A stretch of DNA of 64,000 nt from Patescibacteria group bacterium (GTDB taxonomy: Bacteria > Patescibacteriota > Patescibacteriia > CAIXNZ01): positions 15,693-79,692 of the forward strand of contig JBAZJU010000007.1 in NCBI GenBank assembly GCA_041651155.1, read 5' to 3'. The translations under genes were made by a program, and so were the position numbers. Positions within the stretch are counted from its first letter, which is position 1, and each line of letters begins with the position of its first letter. Below are positions 30,687 through 40,125 of the stretch, piece after piece. The notes below the pieces were generated by a model. That model was given only the letters and a program-made list of their open reading frames with translations. It searched no databases and was not told where the DNA came from.

Positions 30687-31241
30687 ATGAATAATTGGTA
30701 TGTGCTGACCGGAGCGCCTTGTTCCGGGAAAACAACTTTAATTGAAATGCTGCAGGAAAAAGGCTTTCAGACTACGCCCGAATTAGCTAGAGTTTATATT
30801 GACGAGCAACTAGCCAAGGGAATTACTCTGGAAGAATTACGACAAGATGAATTAGCTTTTCAAAGAAAAATTCTGCAGTTTAAAATTGATTTTGAAAAAA
30901 AATTAGATCCCCAGTCAATTATTTTTTTAGACCGAGGCATCCCTGACAGCCAGGCTTATTATAAATTGTGCGGTTTAGAAAACGATCCTATCCTGGCTGA
31001 GGCAGTGAGAAATTCAGTTTACAAAAAAGTTTTTTTATTTGAATCATGGCCATTAGAAAAAGATTATGCTAGAACAGAAACACCAGAGGGGCAAATTAAA
31101 CTCTATAAATATTTGCAGGAAGCTTATCAAAAATTAAATATCCCTTTGATTAAAGTGCCTGTTGTTCATAAAACAGACAAGAATAATCTCCCAATAAATT
31201 GGCGAGAAAAAAGATTGAGTTATATTTTAGATAATCTGTAA
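30687..31241 (+). CDS. P-loop NTPase (AAA_28/NadR-like predicted ATPase or nucleoside kinase)
   Basis: Walker A YVLTGAPCSGKTTLIE. The ORF is open from 30642; the start was chosen at the Met immediately before the P-loop. Confidence 0.5.
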   Translation: MNNWYVLTGAPCSGKTTLIEMLQEKGFQTTPELARVYIDEQLAKGITLEELRQDELAFQRKILQFKIDFEKKLDPQSIIFLDRGIPDSQAYYKLCGLENDPILAEAVRNSVYKKVFLFESWPLEKDYARTETPEGQIKLYKYLQEAYQKLNIPLIKVPVVHKTDKNNLPINWREKRLSYILDNL

Positions 31242-31261
31242 AAAATAATCTAAATCAGCTT

Positions 31262-34200
31262 ATGTACCATTTATACGGTCAGGGGGATAAAGAAACTGAA
31301 TATTGTTTTAATGTTGAAACATCAAAGCCATTAAGCGAGAATGAATTAAGTGTTTTAAAGCAACTTTTGGCTGATGGTTTCATATTAGATTCAATTAAAG
31401 ATCAGTCGGAATATCAAGCTAATGACCAAGTCATAGAGCTGGGACCACGCTTAAATTTTGCCACAGCTTTTTCCACAAATGCAGTGGCCATCTGTAAATC
31501 ATGCGGCCTAGATAGTATTAGCAGGGTTGAGAGATCAAGGCGTTATAAGCTGCCTGAGAATATTGATGCTGATAAATTTGTCAGAGAAAATCATGACCGC
31601 ATGACAGAATTTCAGTATCAGCAAAAATTAAATAGTTTTGAAACAGGTTTAAAGCCAGAACCTGTTTTTGTTGTGCCTTTAATTGAACAAGGACCTGAAG
31701 CCTTGAAAAAAATAAATCAGCAAATGGGTTTAGGCATGGATGACTGGGATATTAATTATTACTATGATCTCTTTGTAAATAAAATCGGGCGCAATCCGAC
31801 CAATGTTGAATGTTTTCAATTAGGCCAGGCGAACAGCGAGCATTCACGCCATTGGTTTTTTAAGGGCAAATTAATAATTGATGAGCAAGAGATGCCGCAG
31901 AGTTTAATGGAATTAGTCTCTGCGCCATTAAAAGCCAACCCGAAAAATAGCGCCATTGCTTTTAAAGACAACTCCAGTGCGATTAAAGGTTATCAAATAG
32001 AAACTATTCTGCCAGAAAAACCAGGATTTTTTTCCAAATTCAAAAAAGAAAAATTAACCTACCATATTATATTTACAGCTGAAACTCATAATTTCCCTAG
32101 TGGAGTTGCGCCTTTCCCTGGCGCTGAAACAGGTGGCGGCGGACGCATTCGTGATGTCAATGCGACTGGCAGCGGCTCTTTGGTTTTAGCAGGCACGGCT
32201 GGCTACTGCGTTGGCAATTTGCAAATTCCTGGTTATGACATGCCATGGGAAGAAAAATTATTTATGTATCCTGATAATCTGGCTACGCCATTAAATATTG
32301 AAATTCAAGCCAGTAATGGCGCTTCCGATTATGGCAATAAATTTGGCGAACCATTAATCCAGGGCTTTACCCGCTCTTTTGGTTTAATATTGCCTAATAG
32401 CGAACGCCGGGAATGGTTAAAACCAATTATGTTTTCCGGCGGCGTAGGCCAGATTGACGCCCGCCATGTAGAAAAACGTAAACCCGAGCCAGGCATGCTT
32501 ATAGTCCAGATTGGCGGACCTGCTTATCGCATTGGCATGGGTGGAGGCTCTGCTTCCAGCATGATCCAGGGTGAAAATGTGGCTGAGCTTGATTTTAATG
32601 CAGTCCAAAGAGGCGATGCGGAAATGGAACAAAAAATGAATCGTGTGATCAGGGCATGTGTGGAAATGGGCAATGATAATCCAATCATTTCTATCCATGA
32701 TCAAGGGGCTGGCGGTCCGTGTAATGTTTTAACTGAATTAATAGAACCTGTGGGCGGTAAAATTGAAATCAGAAAAATAAGATTGGGTGACAAGACCTTG
32801 TCTGTTTTAGAAATTTGGGGAGCTGAATACCAAGAACGAGATGCCTTGCTAATTAAACCCGAAAGGATTAAACAGTTTGAGGAAATTTGCCATAGAGAAA
32901 GAGCTGATTATGAAATTTTAGGTAAAATAACCGGTGATGGCAAAGTTGTTGTTTATGATGAAAGCAATGATTCAACACCAGTTGAGCTTGATTTAGAAAA
33001 AATCCTAGGTAAAATGCCGCAAAAAGTTTTTAAAGACAAACACCTTAACTTAAATTTAAATCCCCTAGAAATTCCTGCGAATTTATCATTTGAAAATGCC
33101 CTGAATAATGTTTTGCATTTAGTTGGAGTCGGTTCAAAAGGATTTTTAGTCCATAAAGTTGACCGCAGCGTCACTGGTTTAATTGCGCAACAACAATGCG
33201 CTGGTCCGCTACAATTGACTGTAGCTGATGTCTCAGTTATTGCCCAAAGCCATTTTTCCCAAACAGGCGCAGCTATTTCAATTGGTGAACAGCCTAATAA
33301 AATTATGATTGATCCAAAAGTCGGCGCAAGAATGTCAGTGGCTGAGGCTTTAACCAATATAGTTTGGGCAAAAATAAGCAATTTGCAAGATATTAAATGC
33401 TCAGGCAATTGGATGTGGGCAGCGAAATTGCCAGGTGAGGGAGCCAATCTATATGATGCGGCCAAAGCCGTAAGTGAAATCATGATTGATTTGGGCATTG
33501 CCATTGATGGCGGAAAAGACAGCTTAAGCATGGCTGCCAAAGTCGGCCAAGAAATAGTGAAATCACCAAGCCAATTAGTTGTATCTGCTTACGCCACAGT
33601 GCCTGATATAAATAAAGTAATTACTCCTGATATTAAAAATCCAGGGCAAAGCAGTCTTTGGCTGATTGATTTAGGATTGGGCCAACATCGTTTAGGCGGC
33701 TCTGCTTTAGCCCAGACCTTAAAACAAATCGGCAATCAAGCGCCTGATGTTAATGATCCTGAAATTTTAAAACAAGCTTTTTTTGCAGTTCAAGACATGA
33801 TAGATGAAAAAGTAATTTTAGCAGGCCATGATCGTTCAGATGGCGGCCTGATTACTACCCTTTTAGAAATGGCCTTCTCTGGCAATTGCGGTTTAGAAAT
33901 AGATTTTGATTGGCCAGGAGTTTCTGCCCTTGAATATTATTTCAATGAAGAATTAGGTTTAGTAGTAGAAGTAACCCCAGAAAAAGAAGAAAGATTCAAA
34001 GAAATTATTGAAAAATATAATTTGATTGAATTAACACATGGTTTGGGCAGGACAATTTCAAACCCTCAAATCATTATTAGCTATAATCAACGAGTAATTT
34101 TGGATCAAGATATGAGAGATTTGCGCCAGGTCTGGCAGGAAACAAGCTATCAATTGGAGAGAATGCAAACCAATCATCGCTGTGCTGATCAGGAAAAAAT

Positions 34201-36220
34201 AAATACTTATGACCAGAAATCCCCTGAATATAAATTGACTTTTGAGCCGTTGCCAACTGCTGCAGAAATTTTAAATTCTAATTATAAACCAAAAGTAGCA
34301 ATTATCCGCGAAGAAGGCAGTAATGGCGACAGAGAAATGACCAGTGCGTTTTATCTGGCTGGCTTTGAAGTCTGGGATATAACCATGACAGACTTGCTAA
34401 ATAACAGAGCTGATTTAGCTGATTTTAGAGGCGTGGTTTTTGTAGGTGGCTTTTCTTATGCTGACACTTTAGGTTCAGCCAAAGGTTGGGCCAGCACCAT
34501 CCGCTTTTCTGACCAATTAAAAAAAATGTTTAATGATTTTTATAATCGGGCAGATACTTTTTCTTTAGGGGTATGCAATGGCTGCCAGTTAATGGGCCTT
34601 TTGGGCTGGGTGCCGTGGCAAGGGATTGCAGATGAAAAACAGCCGCGTTTTGTCAGGAATACTTCTGGCCGCTTTGAATCACGCTGGATAACACTCCAGG
34701 TTCAAGATAGCCCGGCTATTATGTTAAAAGACATGGCTGGCACTGTTTTGGGCGCCTGGGTGGCTCATGGTGAAGGCAGGCTGCAGTTTCCTGATGAAAC
34801 AATTTTAGAAAAAGTTAAAAATCAAAAACTAGTTGCCTTAAATTTTGTTGATGATCAAAATCAAAAAACAGAGAACTACCCATTTAATCCCAATGGTTCA
34901 CCTGAAGGAATTACAGGCTTGTGCTCTCCTGATGGCCGTCATTTTGCCATGATGCCGCACCCTGAAAGATCATTTTTAAAATGGCAATTCCCTTATCTAC
35001 CCAAAGAGTGGCAAGATCTACCAGCTTCTCCTTGGTTAAAAATGTTCCAAAATGCTTATAAATGGTGCCAAGAAAATACTCAGGAAAAAAATAATCCAAA
35101 AAGCAAACCAAATAATCCAACTATGACTTATGCCCAAACTGGCATTAATTATGGCGCCATGGATCCATTTAAAATTGCCGCCCAAACTGCCAGCAAAGCC
35201 ACGGCCAAAAATATTGTCCGCTTTAATTTAAAAGAAGTCGGTGCCAGCCGCGGTGAAAGCGCTTATTTGATAGAAGCTGATGATTGTTATTTTGCACATG
35301 TGGAAGAAGGTCTGGGTACAAAAAATATTGTAGCTGAAGCCATGCAAAAATTAACCGGCCAGCTTTATTTTGATAAAATCGCCCAGGATGGAGTGGCCAT
35401 GATAATTAATGACATGATAACTTTAGGCGCTTTGCCCATTTCTCTGGAAATGCATTTGGCTGTCGGCGATTCCAATTGGTTTAATGACACGGCACGGTCG
35501 CAAAATTTAATTGAAGGCTGGAAAAAAGCCTGCAATTTAGCGCGTTGCGCCTGGGGTGGCGGAGAGACTCCAACGTTAAAAGATATTGTAAATCCTGAAA
35601 CGATTTTATTAAGTGGTTCTGCCTTAGGCCTTATTAAACCTAAAGATAAAATTATTACTGGAAACATTCAAGACGGAGATGCTATAATTATTTTTAAAAG
35701 TTCTGGCATCCATGCTAATGGCATTACTTTGGCTAGAAAAATTGCTGAAAAATTGCCAGCAGGCTATTTAACCCCGCTAGATAATGAAAACATAACATTT
35801 GGCGAAGCAATTTTAGAGCCAACAATTATTTATGTGCCGATTATTGAAGACTGCCAAAAAGCGGGCATTAATATTCATTATGCTTCAAATATTACTGGCC
35901 ATGGCTGGCGCAAAATCATGAGAGCGAGCGAACCTTTTATCTATGTAATTGAAACAATTCCAACTCCTCAGCCGATTTTTGACTTTTTGCAAAAACATGG
36001 ACCAATCAATGATGAGGAAGCTTACAGTAATTTAAATATGGGCGCTGGGTTTGTGCTCTTTGTGCCTGAAAAAGACGTTGCTGCGGTTTTAAGCATTGCT
36101 GAAAAAAATAATCTTATTGCTATTAAGGCTGGCCATGTTGAAAAACAAGGCACTGCTAAAAAAGTAATTATAAAACCAAAGGGCATAACTTTAGACGGTG
36201 ATACCTTGAAAGTTCGTTAA
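31262..36220 (+). CDS. purL: Phosphoribosylformylglycinamidine synthase (large single-chain PurL) fused to a C-terminal PurM (AIR synthetase) domain
   Basis: 1652 aa. Residues 1 to ~1275 are colinear with large PurL, including the class I glutaminase Cys (GVCNGCQLM) and the HPER region. The C-terminal ~360 aa match PurM: EEGLGTKNIVAEA, VAMIINDMITLGALP, WGGGETP, DGDAIIIFKSSGIHANGITLARKI, ITGHGW. Confidence 0.85.
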   Translation: MYHLYGQGDKETEYCFNVETSKPLSENELSVLKQLLADGFILDSIKDQSEYQANDQVIELGPRLNFATAFSTNAVAICKSCGLDSISRVERSRRYKLPENIDADKFVRENHDRMTEFQYQQKLNSFETGLKPEPVFVVPLIEQGPEALKKINQQMGLGMDDWDINYYYDLFVNKIGRNPTNVECFQLGQANSEHSRHWFFKGKLIIDEQEMPQSLMELVSAPLKANPKNSAIAFKDNSSAIKGYQIETILPEKPGFFSKFKKEKLTYHIIFTAETHNFPSGVAPFPGAETGGGGRIRDVNATGSGSLVLAGTAGYCVGNLQIPGYDMPWEEKLFMYPDNLATPLNIEIQASNGASDYGNKFGEPLIQGFTRSFGLILPNSERREWLKPIMFSGGVGQIDARHVEKRKPEPGMLIVQIGGPAYRIGMGGGSASSMIQGENVAELDFNAVQRGDAEMEQKMNRVIRACVEMGNDNPIISIHDQGAGGPCNVLTELIEPVGGKIEIRKIRLGDKTLSVLEIWGAEYQERDALLIKPERIKQFEEICHRERADYEILGKITGDGKVVVYDESNDSTPVELDLEKILGKMPQKVFKDKHLNLNLNPLEIPANLSFENALNNVLHLVGVGSKGFLVHKVDRSVTGLIAQQQCAGPLQLTVADVSVIAQSHFSQTGAAISIGEQPNKIMIDPKVGARMSVAEALTNIVWAKISNLQDIKCSGNWMWAAKLPGEGANLYDAAKAVSEIMIDLGIAIDGGKDSLSMAAKVGQEIVKSPSQLVVSAYATVPDINKVITPDIKNPGQSSLWLIDLGLGQHRLGGSALAQTLKQIGNQAPDVNDPEILKQAFFAVQDMIDEKVILAGHDRSDGGLITTLLEMAFSGNCGLEIDFDWPGVSALEYYFNEELGLVVEVTPEKEERFKEIIEKYNLIELTHGLGRTISNPQIIISYNQRVILDQDMRDLRQVWQETSYQLERMQTNHRCADQEKINTYDQKSPEYKLTFEPLPTAAEILNSNYKPKVAIIREEGSNGDREMTSAFYLAGFEVWDITMTDLLNNRADLADFRGVVFVGGFSYADTLGSAKGWASTIRFSDQLKKMFNDFYNRADTFSLGVCNGCQLMGLLGWVPWQGIADEKQPRFVRNTSGRFESRWITLQVQDSPAIMLKDMAGTVLGAWVAHGEGRLQFPDETILEKVKNQKLVALNFVDDQNQKTENYPFNPNGSPEGITGLCSPDGRHFAMMPHPERSFLKWQFPYLPKEWQDLPASPWLKMFQNAYKWCQENTQEKNNPKSKPNNPTMTYAQTGINYGAMDPFKIAAQTASKATAKNIVRFNLKEVGASRGESAYLIEADDCYFAHVEEGLGTKNIVAEAMQKLTGQLYFDKIAQDGVAMIINDMITLGALPISLEMHLAVGDSNWFNDTARSQNLIEGWKKACNLARCAWGGGETPTLKDIVNPETILLSGSALGLIKPKDKIITGNIQDGDAIIIFKSSGIHANGITLARKIAEKLPAGYLTPLDNENITFGEAILEPTIIYVPIIEDCQKAGINIHYASNITGHGWRKIMRASEPFIYVIETIPTPQPIFDFLQKHGPINDEEAYSNLNMGAGFVLFVPEKDVAAVLSIAEKNNLIAIKAGHVEKQGTAKKVIIKPKGITLDGDTLKVR

Positions 36221-36233
36221 AAATAAAATCAAA

Positions 36234-36262
36234 GAGCGGATCCCAAAGATCCGCTTTTTTTG
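36234..36262 (+). terminator. Rho-independent terminator (AGCGGATC-loop-GATCCGCT plus T-tract), member of a repeated hairpin family
   Basis: Perfect 8-bp GC-rich stem followed by TTTTTTT directly after the purL stop. Near-identical copies sit at 37238 and 38180. Confidence 0.7.
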
Positions 36263-36435
36263 TTTGCCCCAAAATGTTATATTGACAAAATTTATAATGG
36301 TATTATGATTAAAGTGGTTCTTTAAAACCCTGTTTAATTGTAGTTCAGTTGAACGTCTTTTAAACAGTAAAATCCAATCAAAAGAGCGCCTGTTGCGATT
36401 CCTGCGGATGTGAACGCCTGGCTAAGGAGAAAATA

Positions 36436-37212
36436 ATGAAAAGCTTAAAAACGGTTTTGGTTTTGGCAACAGCATTTTTTTTAACAGTAACAATAGCTTC
36501 CTGTTCGCCTGAAGACGATTCTGCTGAAATTAACGGCATAGGCGTGGATGCGGCCTCAGTGTCTCAGATTAATGTCTGGCTATTAGGAAGCGACCATACT
36601 GACGGTTTCAAACTAGAACGCAGTACTGATGGTATATTCTATTCCCAAATTGCTGATGTCGGTTATGACCATGACCTAGGGTACATTACCTATGAAGACA
36701 AGGATCTATATTCTGAAACCTACTATTATTACCGGGCTTACGCTTATAATGGTCATGACGAGTCAAGTTATGATGGCCCGGTAGCGACTAGGACATTGTT
36801 TGATGGTTATGGCATGTGTACGTCTAAAACTGCCATCACTGGTTTTCCTTGCCTGCCAACGCGTTGCCAGCATTTAAGGGAGTCTGAGTTTATATATGCT
36901 ACTGGTGCCGACGTCCTTGAATGTTTAAGCGTGGGATTTACTGCGCCTGCAACCATGACAGTCCTATTTGCCTATAAAGCAAGCGCATCGACCTGTTTCA
37001 ATGAACCTTATTTGCAGATTTCAACCGGAAGCCAAACACAGGACTATTCTTTTTCCTGCAATTCTCCAGATTCTATAGTAACAGGACCAGCTACCGGTAT
37101 TCTAGTAATTAATATTGATGCTGGTCAGACCATAGATGATCTTAATTTTGTGCTGGCCTCTGGTGATTGGGGTTCATCAGTGTGCATAAAATCCATAACT
37201 TTTGCACCCTAG
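36436..37212 (+). CDS. Lipoprotein with Fn3-like and Cys-rich domain
   Basis: Signal peptide plus lipobox (TIASC); Fn3-like YYYYRAYAYNGHDESSY; 11 Cys in the C-terminal half; RBS AAGGAGAAAATAATG. Confidence 0.5.
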   Translation: MKSLKTVLVLATAFFLTVTIASCSPEDDSAEINGIGVDAASVSQINVWLLGSDHTDGFKLERSTDGIFYSQIADVGYDHDLGYITYEDKDLYSETYYYYRAYAYNGHDESSYDGPVATRTLFDGYGMCTSKTAITGFPCLPTRCQHLRESEFIYATGADVLECLSVGFTAPATMTVLFAYKASASTCFNEPYLQISTGSQTQDYSFSCNSPDSIVTGPATGILVINIDAGQTIDDLNFVLASGDWGSSVCIKSITFAP

Positions 37213-37237
37213 TACTATCAATAATGTAAAAATTTCT

Positions 37238-37266
37238 AGAGCGGATCATAAAGATCCGCTTTTTTA
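37238..37266 (+). terminator. Rho-independent terminator, second copy of the AGCGGATC hairpin family
   Basis: GAGCGGATCATAAAGATCCGCTTTTTT. It is followed by the same 22-nt CAAAATGTTATATTGACAAAAT sequence as the copy at 36263-36292. Confidence 0.7.
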
Positions 37267-37443
37267 TTTGCCGCAAAATGTTATATTGACAAAATTCTAA
37301 TTTGAGATAAGCTTAACTTGGTTCTTTACAAGCCTGCCGGCTGCAGTCCCTCTGAGCGGGATGGTTGCGGAGCAGAAAACAACAAATTCTTTAAAAGGCC
37401 GGATGCGTGCTAATAAGCGGATGCATGGCCAAAGGAGAAAAAG

Positions 37444-38169
37444 ATGAGAAATGTCAAAAATGAAAAAGCGAAATCTGATCTACCCTATAGGACTGGGATT
37501 TCAGAATTCACCATTATCCAACCAGAATTAACCAAGGGGTCTAATGATGAATGGATTATCAATCCAGGGCAAATGCAAAAAATAATCAATTCCTCAAAAG
37601 ACTTTACGGGACTTTTACACGTAGGCTGTTTATCAACGGGGAGAATTTACGATAATGAGGAGCCAGTAGGTTTCAAGTCATGCTCCGGCTCCCTAGTCGT
37701 CCATCCTTTTAAGAGGCCCCGCCCTGAACCATGGCAAGAATACGCAAATTTAATAATTGGATGCACTGGTTGCCGGATGGAGTTCTTTACGTCATTAACC
37801 AATAAGGAACTTTGGAGTGTTATTTTCCATCTGATGATTAAGCAGATGATCCCAAATTTCCCAGCCTGTAATTACATCGATTGCAATCAATTTCAGAATC
37901 TCTCATCCCAGGAGGCAGGAGCAATAGTTGATCTGGGGTTACTTTCCTTATTGCCCGATATTTTTATGGGTAGTAATGGATTTAGCGAACAGAAAAGTGG
38001 TTTTAACGGTCTGGGTTTCATGCTTAAACAGAAAATGGATACTCTGTATGATTGCGATAATTTCAGCGAATGGCTAAAGTTTCTCTTTGTGAAAAAAATG
38101 GAGCAACTTCAAGAAACTTTAGATTTTACTGAAAGTCTGCTGCGCGGACCGAAAACAAAGCGCAGCTAA
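37444..38169 (+). CDS. Hypothetical cytoplasmic Cys-rich protein
   Basis: 241 aa, no signal peptide, with VGCLSTG...SCSGSLVVHPF...GCTGC; RBS AAAGGAGAAAAAGATG; own terminator at 38180. Confidence 0.4.
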   Translation: MRNVKNEKAKSDLPYRTGISEFTIIQPELTKGSNDEWIINPGQMQKIINSSKDFTGLLHVGCLSTGRIYDNEEPVGFKSCSGSLVVHPFKRPRPEPWQEYANLIIGCTGCRMEFFTSLTNKELWSVIFHLMIKQMIPNFPACNYIDCNQFQNLSSQEAGAIVDLGLLSLLPDIFMGSNGFSEQKSGFNGLGFMLKQKMDTLYDCDNFSEWLKFLFVKKMEQLQETLDFTESLLRGPKTKRS

Positions 38170-38179
38170 AACCTCAAGT

Positions 38180-38206
38180 GAGCGGATCTAAAAAGTCCGC
38201 TCTTTC
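38180..38206 (+). terminator. Rho-independent terminator, third diverged copy of the hairpin family
   Basis: GAGCGGATCTAAAAAGTCCGCTC followed by a TTTCTTTTT tract. Confidence 0.55.
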
Positions 38207-38318
38207 TTTTTGTGTTAAAGCTGAAAAAATGATAAAATTACTTTAAGAGCTATAGATAATTTATTCGCCTGCCTGCCGGCAGGCGGGCAGATTAGCATTA
38301 AATTCTATTCGCATTATT

Positions 38319-38882
38319 ATGAGAATCAAAATAGTTGACGGCTTTAAAATCAGAAATACATTTGATGACGAATTCGGTATTTTGGCAGATTATATAAATA
38401 CGCCATACATGAAGCCTGGCGAGATTTGGCTTGATCGCGCTTTTTTAGCTGAAAAGAAAAAAATATTGGCTGAATATAATGAGAACCGAAAATTAGTTAA
38501 AAAGTATGGCTATGAAAAAGCTAAAAAAATGATGCGTTTTAAAGTTGCCAAAAATTTCAAAATTGAGACAGTTAAACTTAACTTGCTAAAAAAACAAGGC
38601 AATTTAAAAATATATTTAGTAAAGGGCAGAAAAATAAGAGAAAATTTAGATCCGAATTTTTATTTTGGCGGGCATTATCTGGTTTATAAGTATGTGCCAA
38701 AAAACGAAGTCTGGATTGATGATTCAGTTACGCCTAAAGAAAGAAAATATATTTCGGTTCACGAACTTTTTGAACTAAATTTAATGCAAAAAGGCAAAAG
38801 TTATAATAATGCCCATGATTATGCCAATGCTGCTGAAAAGGAAGCCAGGCGTAAGGATGGCGCAGTGTATGTGACTGATTGA
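38319..38882 (+). CDS. Hypothetical basic protein
   Basis: 187 aa, Lys-rich; contains SVHELFELN...H; no recognised family. Confidence 0.35.
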   Translation: MRIKIVDGFKIRNTFDDEFGILADYINTPYMKPGEIWLDRAFLAEKKKILAEYNENRKLVKKYGYEKAKKMMRFKVAKNFKIETVKLNLLKKQGNLKIYLVKGRKIRENLDPNFYFGGHYLVYKYVPKNEVWIDDSVTPKERKYISVHELFELNLMQKGKSYNNAHDYANAAEKEARRKDGAVYVTD

Positions 38883-38988
38883 AATTTAAAGTTCAAAGTT
38901 TAAATTTAAAAATTGCAGTTGAAAATTACAAATTTTGGTTTTTAAATTGTGATTTTAAACTTTGCATTTTGCATTTTAAATTTATTAT

Positions 38989-39999
38989 ATGTTACTGCCC
39001 AAAAAAATCAACAAAGACAGCAAAGTAAATCTAATCCATACTTCTTCACCGGTTGAAAGAGAGGATTGGGATGATTTTATTTTTGCTTTAGGTAAGTTGA
39101 AACAGATGTTTCCCAACCTAAATTTTTATGATGTGCAAAGGACAGAACTGGATCCCCGTTATTTGTCCGGCTCTGAAGATGAGCGTTTAAAAAAGTTTAG
39201 GCAGGCGATTAAAGAAGTGGATTGGCTGGCGCCAATTTATGGCGGAACCGGCTGCATTGATATAGTCAGACGCCTAAACGAAGATGATTTAGACAAATTC
39301 CGCAAAAACAGGCCGATTGTTAATGGGTTTAGCGACACGACTTCACTGATAAATTATTTATACTTTAAAATCAAATTGCTAACTTTTCATTTTACCAACG
39401 CAGCTGGCATTTTTGATACTAAAAATTCTAAATTATTTTTTGATATAATTTTTGGCAAAAAAAACTCCTTTTCCTTTTTGGAAAATAATTACAAATGGCT
39501 TTCGCCGGCTAATGCTCCAAAAAATAGATTAGAAGGTATTGCCCTTGGCGGTAATTTTTCTACTTTTCGTAATTTATTAGACATTTGTGATTTAAAACCA
39601 AAGTCCTGGGAAGATTACATTCTTTTTATTGAAGAATATGATATGGATATGCAAGATTCTCACCCGGATATTATAGCCCTTGATCAAAAAGGCGTTTTTA
39701 AACATATCAAAGCAATAGTCTTGGGCAGAATTGCCGAACCTGAATTTAAAAGTGATTTGCAAAAATTAAATTATATTTTTGGACGGCAGAAGGAACAGGA
39801 AAAAATGAGCAGTGTTTTTGAGTATCTAATCAGTGACGCAATCAAAGAGCGTTTGGCTAAAAATGATCCGCTTTATATTTTAAAAGTTGATAATCTTGGC
39901 CATAATGTTTTGCGCAACCCCATGATTATTCCGATAGGCGGCAAGACAATTATTCATCCAGATAAAAAAATAGAATTTATCGGGCCGTTTGTGGAGTAA
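38989..39999 (+). CDS. LD-carboxypeptidase (peptidase S66; LdcA/MccF-like)
   Basis: Nucleophile motif VNGFSDTTSLINYL (GxSDxTxL of S66 serine peptidases); size 336 aa. Confidence 0.65.
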   Translation: MLLPKKINKDSKVNLIHTSSPVEREDWDDFIFALGKLKQMFPNLNFYDVQRTELDPRYLSGSEDERLKKFRQAIKEVDWLAPIYGGTGCIDIVRRLNEDDLDKFRKNRPIVNGFSDTTSLINYLYFKIKLLTFHFTNAAGIFDTKNSKLFFDIIFGKKNSFSFLENNYKWLSPANAPKNRLEGIALGGNFSTFRNLLDICDLKPKSWEDYILFIEEYDMDMQDSHPDIIALDQKGVFKHIKAIVLGRIAEPEFKSDLQKLNYIFGRQKEQEKMSSVFEYLISDAIKERLAKNDPLYILKVDNLGHNVLRNPMIIPIGGKTIIHPDKKIEFIGPFVE

Positions 40000-40125
40000 A
40001 GTTTAAAATAAAAAGGCAGAAATTTAATTCCGTCTTTTTTTATTTTGGGTAGCCCTTGACAAACATTAAAAAATTCGCTAAACTATAAAATTCCAAATGA
40101 AAAATACTTTAAGGAGGTAGCTTTA

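Noticed and set aside
32953-33540. 195-aa antisense ORF inside purL, and other 60-140 aa ORFs from the track overlapping long genes on the opposite strand (e.g. 3622-3807, 4813-5028, 8062-8250, 15032-15247, 22015-22407, 29082-29363, 43464-43733, 44246-44710, 55470-55898, 56670-56954)
   Set aside because: They lie fully inside well-supported genes on the other strand, lack RBSs and have biased low-complexity composition typical of antisense frames of coding DNA.
36282-36298. Reading TTGACA...TATAAT at 36282-36298 as a complete sigma-70 promoter
   Set aside because: The spacing between the hexamers is only about 5 nt, and the TATAAT is not conserved in the second copy of the module at 37272. 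Only the shared TTGACA box is reported as a promoter-like element.
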